Assembly (NCBI GenBank): GCA_026992635.1
Contig: JALWYU010000047.1
Span: forward strand, 1-59,852
DNA from: Bacteroidota bacterium
Lineage (GTDB): Bacteria; Bacteroidota; Bacteroidia; JAADEI01
Length of the DNA: 59,852 nucleotides
Direction of reading: 5' to 3'
The translations under genes and the position numbers were made by a program. This document shows positions 26,182-34,530 of the stretch, piece by piece (the stretch's first letter is position 1; every line of letters begins with the position of its first letter). The notes below the pieces were generated by a model, which was not told the DNA's origin, did not search any database, and was given only the letters and a program-made list of their open reading frames with translations.

Positions 26182-27621
26182 TTGAACTACTTTGAAGAAG
26201 TCCAGAAACTGTATCCGGATAAGAAACTGCAACTCAAGTACGTGAATGGTTCCTGGCATGTCCATGCCTACCAGAGCTGGTGGGACAAAGAGAAGAAACG
26301 CCCGGAGAAAACAGAGGAGTATCTTGGCACTATCAAAGAGGACGGTTTTCACCCACGCAGAAGGAGGTATCCCGGGCGGAAAAAGGGAGTGGAAATGGAG
26401 AAGGTAGAGGGGAGACTGATCGTTCGGGAGCGCAGTTGCGAATATGGCGCCAGCCAGGTATGCAGGCATTTTCTGGAGGGAGCCTTAGAGGGTTTGAAGG
26501 ATCAGATAGAAGAAGAGCGTGCGAAGGCGCTGGTGGGATTGGCGGTGCTGTGGGCTGTACATGGGTATGTGCCCCTGAAGAGGGTGGCGAGTGTGTGGGA
26601 GGACACGTGGTTGAGCCGGATGTGGGAGGAGGTGCGCATGGATGGCAGGAGGCTGTCGGAGTTACTGAGGCTGGTGGGCAGGCGAGTGGGGTTGCGCGAC
26701 CACGTGTGCGGCTACTTGCTTATGCGTTCTGGCAGTTCACGGATTCTGTACGACCTCACGCATGTGTTCACCTATTCAGAGGGTGTGCTGGATGGTGAGT
26801 ATGGCTGGAACGCAGAGAGGAGGTATGCGCCGCAGGTGCGGGTGAGTGTAGTCCATGATGGAGAAGGAGTGTTTCACATAGAGGCGTGGGCGGGCAGTCA
26901 AAGGGAAATAGCGGTGTTGAAGGCGTTGAAGGAGGGGCTGGAGCCTTATCTGGAGCGCAAGCAGGAGCTGGTGCTGGTCAGCGACAGGGGCATTGCCTCT
27001 TACCAGATGGCGGTAGATCTGCACCAGGAGGGGTTGAAATTTGTGATGCCTTTGCGCAAAAACTTCAGTATCATAGACTACATGCGAAGTTTTGGGGGGC
27101 ATTTCGCTATCAAGACAGACAGAGTGATTGCATGGAGTGAGCGAGAGGTGGAACTGCACGGCAACAAGATGCGTCTTTTGCTGTTTTGGGATACGAAACT
27201 TGAGGGAGAGCAAAAGCAGATGTGGCTGAACAGATACGAAAGAGGGGAGTTGGGCAAACAGGATGTGGAGGAGCGTTTTGTTCAGTGCGGGAAGATAGCC
27301 CTACTCACCAACACTTCTTTTTCTGCCGAGGAGGTATATTCGCTCTACAAGAGTCGTGCCTCCATAGAGGAGTGCATACGCCGTTTCAAAGACGCCCTGA
27401 ACATGGAAGGCACATATATACGCGACGACCACGCACTGGCTGGCTACTTCTTTGTGCTCTCCCTTGCGATGCCACTATGTGCTGATGCAAAAGCTAAGGG
27501 ATACCAAATTGCTGAAGCACTACAGTGTACAGGATGCCATCTGGGAGTTGAGAAAAATCCGGAAGGAGCCATGGATAGATGGCTGGCATCTTCGTCTCTT
27601 TACCAGAAGACAAAACCTTGA
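26182..27621 (+). CDS. IS4/IS1634-family DDE transposase (TTG start). The C-terminal end is possibly frameshifted.
   Basis: DDE candidates are ILYDLTH, LVSDRGI and the Y-x2-R-x3-E-x6-K signature YKSRASIEECIRRFK. After about 27478, alternative frames read ...LLKHYSVQDAIWELRKIRKEPWIDGWHL and LIEKLGLRTILGIN. These look like the usual family C terminus, which suggests one or two frameshifts. Confidence 0.8.
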   Translation: MNYFEEVQKLYPDKKLQLKYVNGSWHVHAYQSWWDKEKKRPEKTEEYLGTIKEDGFHPRRRRYPGRKKGVEMEKVEGRLIVRERSCEYGASQVCRHFLEGALEGLKDQIEEERAKALVGLAVLWAVHGYVPLKRVASVWEDTWLSRMWEEVRMDGRRLSELLRLVGRRVGLRDHVCGYLLMRSGSSRILYDLTHVFTYSEGVLDGEYGWNAERRYAPQVRVSVVHDGEGVFHIEAWAGSQREIAVLKALKEGLEPYLERKQELVLVSDRGIASYQMAVDLHQEGLKFVMPLRKNFSIIDYMRSFGGHFAIKTDRVIAWSEREVELHGNKMRLLLFWDTKLEGEQKQMWLNRYERGELGKQDVEERFVQCGKIALLTNTSFSAEEVYSLYKSRASIEECIRRFKDALNMEGTYIRDDHALAGYFFVLSLAMPLCADAKAKGYQIAEALQCTGCHLGVEKNPEGAMDRWLASSSLYQKTKP

Positions 27622-27674
27622 TTGAAAAACTGGGGCTGAGAACAATCCTAGGGATTAATTGACGAGATTGGGTT

Positions 27675-27798
27675 GGAAGAAAATGCTCCTCAGCAAAGAG
27701 ATTGCCCATTGGATCAGGAAAATAGCTCCTTGGTTGAGAAAAATTGCCTCCTGGAAGGGAAACTTTATTCCTCAGAAAGGAAAAGTCATCCTTTGTGG
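27675..27798 (-). repeat. Array B: six units of the 21-22-bp motif in inverted orientation relative to array A
   Basis: The reverse complement reads ccacaaaggatgacttttcc / tttctgaggaataaagtttccc / ttccaggaggcaatttttc / tcaaccaaggagctattttcc / tgatccaatgggcaatctc / tttgctgaggagcattttcttcc. Confidence 0.75.
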
Positions 27799-27981
27799 GA
27801 CGAAGATGATTTCTACGGGCTGTGAGCGGGTTCGCCTCAGACGTACCATGTTGTTTTCTTCAGTGTTTTGGTGTTGATTGTTGCCGGGATATGCGTGGAT
27901 GGACAGCCTGTTTCAGGTTTTCACGGATGGGGGAGAGGTGATTTATTTTTCGTTTGCGCTTTGTGGCTTGTTTTTTGGGGA

Positions 27982-29832
27982 TTAAGGACAGATGTTGGTG
28001 AGTGTTCCGCCGGAGGAGGTGGATCCGCCGGAGCTGGTGGTGCCGCCTGAGCTAACTGTGCCGCCTGAGCTGGTAGTTCCGCCTGAGCTGACGGTTCCGC
28101 CTGAGCCAATCTGGCATCCGCCGGGACAATTTACTAAGTTGCCCTGGGCGTCAAGTTTGATTACGTAAATATCGTTGCTGCCAGCGCCAAAGGAGCTGGT
28201 ATACCCTGCAATGGCATAACCGCCGTCATTCGTCTGGATGATGGAGTTGCCCCTATCATTGTTTGCTCCGCCAATAGTTTTTGTCCACTGGAGAGTGCCG
28301 GAGGCATCCAGTTTTATTACATAAACATCGCCGCCAGCGCCAAAGGAGTTGGTATACCCTGCGATGACATAACCGCCGTCATTCGTCTGGATGATGGAGT
28401 TGCCTCCATCATCGTTTACTCCGCCAATAGCTTTTGTCCACTGGAGGGTACCGGAGGCATCTAGTTTTATTACATAGACATCATAGCCGCCTGCTCCAAA
28501 GGAGGTGGTATATCCTGTGATGATATATCCGCCATCGTTGGTCTGAATGATGGAGAATCCCAAATCGCGAATTGAGCTGCCGCCGATGGTTTTAGTCCAC
28601 TGTAGATTACCCTGCGCATTCAGCTTTACCACATAGACATCGTAGAAGCCAGCGCCAAAGGAGTTGGTATACCCTGCAATGGCATAACCGCCGTCATTCG
28701 TCTGAATGATGGAGTAGCCCAAATCGTTACTTGCCCCGCCAATGGCTTTGGTCCACTGCAGGTTACCGTTTGCATCCAATTTCACGACATAAACATCAGC
28801 ACCATCTGCGCCGAAGGATTGAGTCCGCCCAACAATAGCGTAGCCGCCGTCGGTGGTCTGGATGATGGCTTGCCCCGCATCGTAATTTGCTCCACCGATG
28901 GTTCTGGTCCACTGGAGGTTGCCGTTTGCGTCCAGTTTGACGACATAGACATCGTAGCTGCCTGCGCCGAAGGAGGCGGTGTATCCAGCGATGGCGAATC
29001 CGCCGTCGGTGGTCTGGATGATGGATTGACCATAGTCGTTATTTGCCCCGCCGATGGTTTTAGTCCACTGTACATTGCCTGAGCCATCCAGCTTTACCAC
29101 ATAAACATCCTGCCCTCCCTGCCCAAAGGAGTTGGTATACCCTGCAATGGCGTATCCGCCATCATTCGTCTGGATGATGGAGTAACCAATATCGCTATTT
29201 GTTCCGCCAATGGCAACGCAAAAAGCGTTGCATGAGTCGGCGGAGACGGAGATAGAAGTGGCGTTGGCGCATCCGCACTGGTTGCAGGGTTTGACGGAGA
29301 CCATTCCATCGGTGGTGTCAGGAATGACGCGCAGTGTGTCCGTGCCCTGTCCGGAGAGGATGATCCAGTTGGGCGGGACTGTCCACTGGTAGGTGGCGTT
29401 GGGGCAACCCGAAGCGATGTAGGTGGTGGTGTCGCCGGTGCAGGCGAAGATGGGTCCGGAGATGGTGGGTGAGCAAGCGGGTGGCTGGCAGAGTCGTGGA
29501 CAGGAGATGGTGTACCACTGTTGTGTGAGTGTGTCGTAGACTTCTAAGCAGAAAGAGTCAATGTTGAAGATGATGAGGGTATGTGCGGGGTTCTGGATGG
29601 CGTCGCGTTGCTGAGTGGTGAGACGGGGTATGAGGAGTCCGCGGGTGGTATCCCAGATATCTAAACGAGCAGTGGGTTCGGGATTTGTGGTTCCGATGCC
29701 GACGTTTTGTGCGAGGGTGGGTTCAGTCAGGCACGGGTAGAGCAGAACAGAGAAGAGAAGAGAAGAGAAGAGAAGAGAAGAGAAGAGAAGAGCCCTTCGC
29801 GTATGGAATGTTGTGTATTTGGGGCGGTGTTC
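27982..29832 (-). CDS. Secreted-protein paralog 2: shared N-terminal module plus eight ~47-aa SBBP-type beta-propeller repeats plus an SSGGT(V/T) tail. It currently has no in-frame start codon (phase-OFF).
   Basis: The frame is open from 29832, directly after the TGA at 29835-29833. It reads EHRPKYTTFHTRRALLFSSLLFSSLLFSVLLYPCLTEPTLAQNVGIGTTNPEPTARLDIWDTTRGLLIPRLTTQQRDAIQNP.... The first ATG/GTG/TTG in frame is at 29304. The repeat unit is GGxNxDxGxSIIQTxDGGYAIAGYTxSFGAGxxDVYVVKLDxxGNLQWTK. Confidence 0.75.
   Translation of the reverse strand, partial: EHRPKYTTFHTRRALLFSSLLFSSLLFSVLLYPCLTEPTLAQNVGIGTTNPEPTARLDIWDTTRGLLIPRLTTQQRDAIQNPAHTLIIFNIDSFCLEVYDTLTQQWYTISCPRLCQPPACSPTISGPIFACTGDTTTYIASGCPNATYQWTVPPNWIILSGQGTDTLRVIPDTTDGMVSVKPCNQCGCANATSISVSADSCNAFCVAIGGTNSDIGYSIIQTNDGGYAIAGYTNSFGQGGQDVYVVKLDGSGNVQWTKTIGGANNDYGQSIIQTTDGGFAIAGYTASFGAGSYDVYVVKLDANGNLQWTRTIGGANYDAGQAIIQTTDGGYAIVGRTQSFGADGADVYVVKLDANGNLQWTKAIGGASNDLGYSIIQTNDGGYAIAGYTNSFGAGFYDVYVVKLNAQGNLQWTKTIGGSSIRDLGFSIIQTNDGGYIITGYTTSFGAGGYDVYVIKLDASGTLQWTKAIGGVNDDGGNSIIQTNDGGYVIAGYTNSFGAGGDVYVIKLDASGTLQWTKTIGGANNDRGNSIIQTNDGGYAIAGYTSSFGAGSNDIYVIKLDAQGNLVNCPGGCQIGSGGTVSSGGTTSSGGTVSSGGTTSSGGSTSSGGTLTNICP
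29744..29792. repeat. Pentanucleotide tandem repeat, 8 x AGAAG (+ strand) = CTTCT x8 in the gene sense
   Basis: Counted directly: 29751-29790 is eight perfect AGAAG units, flanked by CAGAACAG and AG. The flanking sequence is the same as at 21171-21178. Confidence 0.95.
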
Positions 29833-30142
29833 TCATGGGCTGTATGTGTGGGGGCTTGGGCGTGTTGCATGGCTTTGGGATTTTGGTGGGTAGAGGTATT
29901 CTGGAGCCTCAAGAGTATGGTTAATAGGAAAGATAAGGATAACCCGGAAGATTTTTGGGGATGATTTTGCTATGGAAGTTGGCTTCAGGATGACGGGTAA
30001 AATGGGAAGGTGGGAAATGCTATTTGGCTGGCGAACTAAAGGGAAGAACAGGGGTGGGCTACCCTGAGGCGTTATGAGTTTTGGTGGGCGGTGCTGGTTT
30101 TGCAAAGGAGCTGTAATGCAAGTATTGAAGGGTTCTGGAACG

Positions 30143-31558
30143 TCAATAATAGATGACGACTCTGCCATTGCCACCTTTTTGCCCGTAGGTGTAGCAGGCT
30201 GTTGCGCCGGTGCCGCCCTGGGCACAACCTGGGCACAGGTCGGGATCGCCGGCATTGCCTGGTGTGGTGCCGGCTCCGGGCAGGATGATACCTGTTGGAT
30301 TCAGGACGAAGCTGTTTCCGCCGGCGCCGCCTCTGGCGCCACAGTCGCCAGAAGAACCGCTGCATGAGCTTCCGCAGGTGGTTGCCCCGCCGGTTCCGCC
30401 TGCGGATGCGCCGCCGCCCCCGCCTCCGCCGCCGGGTCCGTCGGCTCCACAGCTTGCTCCGGGTGTGCCGGCTGGTGTGGGTGCGGCACCGGTGTTTCCG
30501 CCGGCGGCGCCACAGGCACCGGCATTGCCATTTTGTCCGCCAGCACCGCCATGGCCACCTGCACCGGAGCAACCACTACCGCCGCCACCACCTCCGCCGG
30601 CGGCGGCAACGACCAAGGTACCATTGATAAGGACTGCTGAGCTGCCTCCGCCGCCACCGCCACCCCCTGACCCTCCTGAGGGTCCAGCCTGTCCACCATT
30701 GCCACCGTTGCCATAGCCCCATCCACCTGTTCCACCCGGGGCACTGGAACTACAATACCCGCCATTTCCGCCTTCGCCCACATAAATGGTCAAAGTATCG
30801 CCGGGATTGACTGCGATGGTATCGCTGGCGTAGGCGCCTCCGCCACCGTTGCCACCGGGGTTGCCACCGTCCACGCCGCCTCCGCCACCACCGGCGCCCC
30901 ATGCTTTAATCACAATGCATGAAACACCGTTGGGGACTATCCACTGCTGAGGGGCGCCAGTATAGTCAAAATAAAGCGCCTGGGGTGGTGATGTGGATAT
31001 GGTCAGGCAGGTCTGCGTGTTTGTACAGGAATCTGTGACGCAGAGTTGTCCTGATTGGAATGTGTCAGGGAAGAAGATACGGACGGAATCGGAGCCCTGC
31101 CCTGCTACGAGTATTGCTCCGCCGGAGACTGACCAGTGTTTAGTGATCAGACAGCCCTGCAAGACAAAGAGAAGTGTGTCGGGCAAACAAATCTGTTGCA
31201 GGGTAGTGGGTCCTGTAATGGCGACGGAAGTGCCGGTACATCCCCAGGGTGGAATGGTCACCCATTGCGTGCCATCCCAGTACTGGAACACCCGACAATC
31301 ACGGTTGTAAATAAGCAGGGCATTTGCGGGATTGACAATGGTGTTGCGTTGCTGCGTAGTAAGTCTGGGGATGAGTAGTCCGCGAGAGGTGTCGTGGATG
31401 TCTAGTCGGGCGGTGGGGTCGGGGCTTGTAGTGCCGATGCCTACGTTCTGGGCGAAGTTTACGGGGTTTGTGCAAAGGATTGCGGAGAGCCAGAGGGTAG
31501 TGGTCAGTATGTGGAGTTGTTGTAGAAGGGATGCGTGTGTGGTGTGGGTGGTGGTCAT
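30143..31558 (-). CDS. Secreted-protein paralog 3: shared N-terminal module plus a glycine-rich (GGxGG) C-terminal domain. This copy is intact.
   Basis: It reads MTTTHTTHASLLQQLHILTTTLWLSAILC...AQNVGIGTTSPDPTARLDIHDTSRGLLIPRLTTQQRNTIVNPANALLIYNRD, followed by WGAGGGGGGVDGGNPGGNGGGGAYA...IYVGEGGNGG and long Gly runs. There is no tandem repeat at its 5' end. Confidence 0.8.
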   Translation of the reverse strand: MTTTHTTHASLLQQLHILTTTLWLSAILCTNPVNFAQNVGIGTTSPDPTARLDIHDTSRGLLIPRLTTQQRNTIVNPANALLIYNRDCRVFQYWDGTQWVTIPPWGCTGTSVAITGPTTLQQICLPDTLLFVLQGCLITKHWSVSGGAILVAGQGSDSVRIFFPDTFQSGQLCVTDSCTNTQTCLTISTSPPQALYFDYTGAPQQWIVPNGVSCIVIKAWGAGGGGGGVDGGNPGGNGGGGAYASDTIAVNPGDTLTIYVGEGGNGGYCSSSAPGGTGGWGYGNGGNGGQAGPSGGSGGGGGGGGSSAVLINGTLVVAAAGGGGGGGSGCSGAGGHGGAGGQNGNAGACGAAGGNTGAAPTPAGTPGASCGADGPGGGGGGGGASAGGTGGATTCGSSCSGSSGDCGARGGAGGNSFVLNPTGIILPGAGTTPGNAGDPDLCPGCAQGGTGATACYTYGQKGGNGRVVIYY

Positions 31559-31627
31559 GGTGGTTTGGGATTTGGGGTGGTGGTTGTTAAATAAAGTTAA
31601 GGGGTTTTGGGGGATTTTTGGTTTTTG

Positions 31628-31723
31628 GGGGCGTTGGGGCGTTGGGCGCTGGTTTGCAGGGGGTTATGGCGCCGTACGGCGCCATAACCCCCTGCAAACC
31701 AGCGCCCAACGCCCCAACGCCCC
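31628..31723. repeat. Perfect 96-bp palindrome (two 48-nt arms), same family as 17802-17891
   Basis: All 48 pairs (i with 63351-i) were checked and are Watson-Crick. After one unpaired G (31627), four more pairs follow. It shares the core GCGTTGGGCGCTGG-N-TTGCAGGG-N-GTT-N-TGGCGCCGT with the first palindrome. Confidence 0.95.
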
Positions 31724-31790
31724 AAAACCAAAAAACCAATCCAATCCTCCATAACCCCACACACCTGTAAGTTGGTAAAAAAGTCCAGCG

Positions 31791-32549
31791 GTGTTGTTCA
31801 TGTCGGGCGCGTTCAGGATGTCTTTGCCTTTTCCCGTTGCCTTAGCTGTCCTTACAAAGAATGCGCAACGCACGTTGCCCGCACTCCTGCAACGGATGGC
31901 GCCTCATGTCCAGCGCATTTATATTGGCGATACGGGAAGCAGGGATCAGACAATTCAGATTGCGATTCAGTGGAATGCGGAAGTTTTCGTGCTGGACTGG
32001 CAGGGGTTCGGACCGACCAAAAATGCGTTGCTCGGGCGTGTGCAGGAGCCCTGGGTTTGGGTCCTGGATGCCGATGAAATCCCGCCTGTGCAAACAATTC
32101 AGCAGGCTTATGCACAGATTATTCGGGATCCTTCCCTGTGTGCAGTTTCGTTTGTCCGCCGGCATTATGTTGGCAGGCGCCGTTTCCGGTGGGGGACACT
32201 TAAACCAGACCGACGCATCCGGCTGATCCGAAAAGATGTCTGTCGGTGGACCGATGTGCCAGTCCATGAGGATATTCTTTGCAATGGGAAAGTTTATGTC
32301 TCGTCCATGCACATTGACCACTGGACAGCGTCCGATCTATCTGACTTTATTGAAAAAAATTTGCGATATGCACTGATCCGTCAAGCCACACGCTCGTCTC
32401 CAAAGCGGTTTAGAACGCTTCGGGCAATCTTTCATTTTTGGCGGGATTATCTTTTACGTCTTGGTTGCTTGGAAGGACGCGCAGGTTTCCTCTTAGCGTG
32501 CACGCGTGCTTATTGTAAGTTTCTGGAAAATACCTCTGTCCATGAATAG
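31791..32549 (+). CDS. Family-2 glycosyltransferase
   Basis: Has VLTKNAQRTL, IGDTGSRDQT and VLDADEI (DxD). The likely true start is ATG 31818 (MSLPFPVALAVL). Confidence 0.8.
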   Translation: MLFMSGAFRMSLPFPVALAVLTKNAQRTLPALLQRMAPHVQRIYIGDTGSRDQTIQIAIQWNAEVFVLDWQGFGPTKNALLGRVQEPWVWVLDADEIPPVQTIQQAYAQIIRDPSLCAVSFVRRHYVGRRRFRWGTLKPDRRIRLIRKDVCRWTDVPVHEDILCNGKVYVSSMHIDHWTASDLSDFIEKNLRYALIRQATRSSPKRFRTLRAIFHFWRDYLLRLGCLEGRAGFLLACTRAYCKFLENTSVHE

Positions 32550-33147
32550 GGCTTGTGGTTCGGATGTGTACATTCATCCGTGGGCAGAGGTAGAAGAGGG
32601 CGTTTCTCTGGGGGTGGGAACCACCGTCTGGCGATTCGCACATATCATGCGGGGGGCACGCCTCGGAAAACACTGTATGGTGGGACAGGGTGTTTTCATT
32701 GGACGAAACGTACACATTGGCAACTATGTGCGGATACAAAATGGGGCACAGATTTATGAGGGGGCGCACATTGCTGACGAAGTGTTTATTGGTCCGGGCG
32801 TGATCATCACCAATGATCGGTACCCACGAATTGCGCGGTTACGTCGTTGTCCTTTTCAGCCGGTCGCCACCTGGATTGAGCATGGGGCATCCATTGGTGC
32901 GGGCAGTATCATTGTTTGTGGTGTTCGGATTGGTGCGTATGCCTTAGTGGGTGCCGGCAGTGTGGTACTTGAGGATGTACCACCGCATGCGCTGGTGGCA
33001 GGTAACCCCGCAGTGCATATTGGGTGGGTCAGTCATGCCGGACAGCCTTTGTCTTTTGATGAGGAGGGTTATGCCATCTGCCCGGTTACACAGCGCCGAT
33101 ACCGGTATCTGATTGAGGCGCATCGGGTAATTTGCTTAACAGATTAA
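32542..33147 (+). CDS. Left-handed beta-helix (hexapeptide) sugar N-acetyltransferase, WbpD/WlbB-like
   Basis: The hexapeptide run is IHPWAEVEEGVSLGVGTTVWRFAHIMRGARLGKHCMVGQGVFIGRNVHIGNYVRIQNGAQIYEGAHIADEVFIGPGVIITND. ATG 32542 overlaps the upstream stop by 8 nt. Confidence 0.8.
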   Translation: MNRACGSDVYIHPWAEVEEGVSLGVGTTVWRFAHIMRGARLGKHCMVGQGVFIGRNVHIGNYVRIQNGAQIYEGAHIADEVFIGPGVIITNDRYPRIARLRRCPFQPVATWIEHGASIGAGSIIVCGVRIGAYALVGAGSVVLEDVPPHALVAGNPAVHIGWVSHAGQPLSFDEEGYAICPVTQRRYRYLIEAHRVICLTD

Positions 33148-33167
33148 CAGATGCAAAATGATGCAGG

Positions 33168-34517
33168 ATGCAATCGGAGCAATTACAAGCGCGATTACGT
33201 GCAGTTGAGCTGGGGAAGGAAGTCGTTGGGGTTGTGGGACTGGGTTATGTGGGGATTCCCGTTGCCGTGGCGTTCGCCCGATACTTCCCAGTGATCGCCT
33301 ATGATATTAATCCCAAACGTGTAGAGGAGCTGGCGCGAGGGATTGATCCTACGAAGAGCGTTACGAATGAAGACCTTCAGGCGGTGTATGCGCGCATCCG
33401 GTGGACAACCAATCCTGAGTTCCTTCGTCAGTGCTCGGTCATTCTGGTTACAGTTCCCACGCCTGTTACGCCAGAACGATTACCCGATCTGAGTGCATTG
33501 CTTCAGGCGACACAAACCGTTGGGCAAAACCTTCAAAAGGACAGACAACCTGTCATCGTCTATGAGAGCACGGTTTATCCGGGGTGTACGCATGATGTGC
33601 TGATACCTCGTTTAGAAGAAGTCAGCCATCTGAAAGCCTGTGAGGACTTTCATGTGGGTTATTCGCCTGAGCGCCTCAATCCGGGCGACCCTTACCACCG
33701 CTTTGAAACCATCACGAAAGTGGTCAGTGCCTGTGATTCCAATACGCGTACCTTTCTTCGTCATCTTTATGGCAAAGTCATAGATGCCCCGATTCATGAG
33801 GCGCCCTCCGTGGAAGTCGCAGAAGCCGCCAAAGTCCTGGAAAACACCCAGCGCGACCTCAATATCGCGTTAATCAACGAAATGACGATGATTTGTTATC
33901 GGCTGGGCATCAACATTTACGATGTACTGGATGCGGCGGCGACCAAATGGAACTTTCACCGGTATGTGCCTGGTCTTGTTGGCGGACACTGTGTAGGCGT
34001 AGATCCTTACTATCTGGCTTATCGGGCTTATGAACTGGGGTATACGCCATCGGTGATTCTGGCAGGTCGGCGCGTCAATGAAGACATGCCTTATTTTTGT
34101 GTGTGGCGGATTGGAAGGACTTTATTAGAACGGTGGGGTCGTCCCCTCCAGAAGGCACGCATTCTCGTGTGTGGTGTCACGTTTAAAGAAAACATCAACG
34201 ACACAAGAAATTCGCTGGCATTCACTATGATCCGTGCTTTGTCTGAGATGGGCGCAACCATAGATGCAATGGATCCGTTTGTGGCACGTCCCCCTCAAAA
34301 CTTACCTATCCATGACTGGTACACCTTTCCTGAGGTTCCACAACATGCTTATGATGTGGTGGTCATCACGGTTGCCCATGAGCCGTTTCGCCAGTGGGGA
34401 CTTTCTTTCTTTGCTCAGCGTATTCAGCGTGACGGGGGCTTACTGCTGGATATGAAAGGTATTTACCGGACAGAAGCCCGATCGCTGGACACCACCGTGC
34501 ACTATGAAACATTGTGA
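33168..34517 (+). CDS. Nucleotide-sugar dehydrogenase (UDP-GlcNAc/UDP-ManNAc 6-dehydrogenase type: WbpA/TviB/Cap5O-like)
   Basis: Has the N-terminal Rossmann motif VGVVGLGYVGIPVA, the catalytic Cys region GLVGGHCVGVDPYY and the C-terminal domain GVTFKENINDTRNS. Confidence 0.85.
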   Translation: MQSEQLQARLRAVELGKEVVGVVGLGYVGIPVAVAFARYFPVIAYDINPKRVEELARGIDPTKSVTNEDLQAVYARIRWTTNPEFLRQCSVILVTVPTPVTPERLPDLSALLQATQTVGQNLQKDRQPVIVYESTVYPGCTHDVLIPRLEEVSHLKACEDFHVGYSPERLNPGDPYHRFETITKVVSACDSNTRTFLRHLYGKVIDAPIHEAPSVEVAEAAKVLENTQRDLNIALINEMTMICYRLGINIYDVLDAAATKWNFHRYVPGLVGGHCVGVDPYYLAYRAYELGYTPSVILAGRRVNEDMPYFCVWRIGRTLLERWGRPLQKARILVCGVTFKENINDTRNSLAFTMIRALSEMGATIDAMDPFVARPPQNLPIHDWYTFPEVPQHAYDVVVITVAHEPFRQWGLSFFAQRIQRDGGLLLDMKGIYRTEARSLDTTVHYETL

Positions 34518-34530
34518 AGTACTGCCTTTT

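Larger units (their letters stand above)
26085..27798 (+). mobile_element. Candidate IS element: an IS4/IS1634-type transposase gene flanked by inverted sets of the 21-22-bp motif
   Basis: Three to four motif units at 26085-26165 have the same orientation as array A (...aatttaatcccc, ...gaacaattcccc). Six inverted units lie at 27675-27798 (ggaaaatagctcc, gagaaaaattgcctcc, gggaaactttattcc, ggaaaagtcatcc). The exact ends and any target duplication were not determined. Confidence 0.5.

Noticed and set aside
26071-26469. 132-aa minus-strand ORF
   Set aside because: It lies antisense to the 5' part of the IS4/IS1634-type transposase gene and overlaps the left motif units. No independent support was found.
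28090-29200. Eightfold ~141-bp DNA periodicity
   Set aside because: It is explained by the eight ~47-aa SBBP-type propeller blades of the 27982-29832 gene. It is a protein-level repeat, not a non-coding array.
30072-30783. Several 100-170-aa ORFs that are Pro-, Arg- or Ala-rich, on both strands
   Set aside because: They are alternative frames and the antisense of the (GGN)n-rich glycine-rich domain of the 30143-31558 gene. They are pure codon-repeat artefacts.
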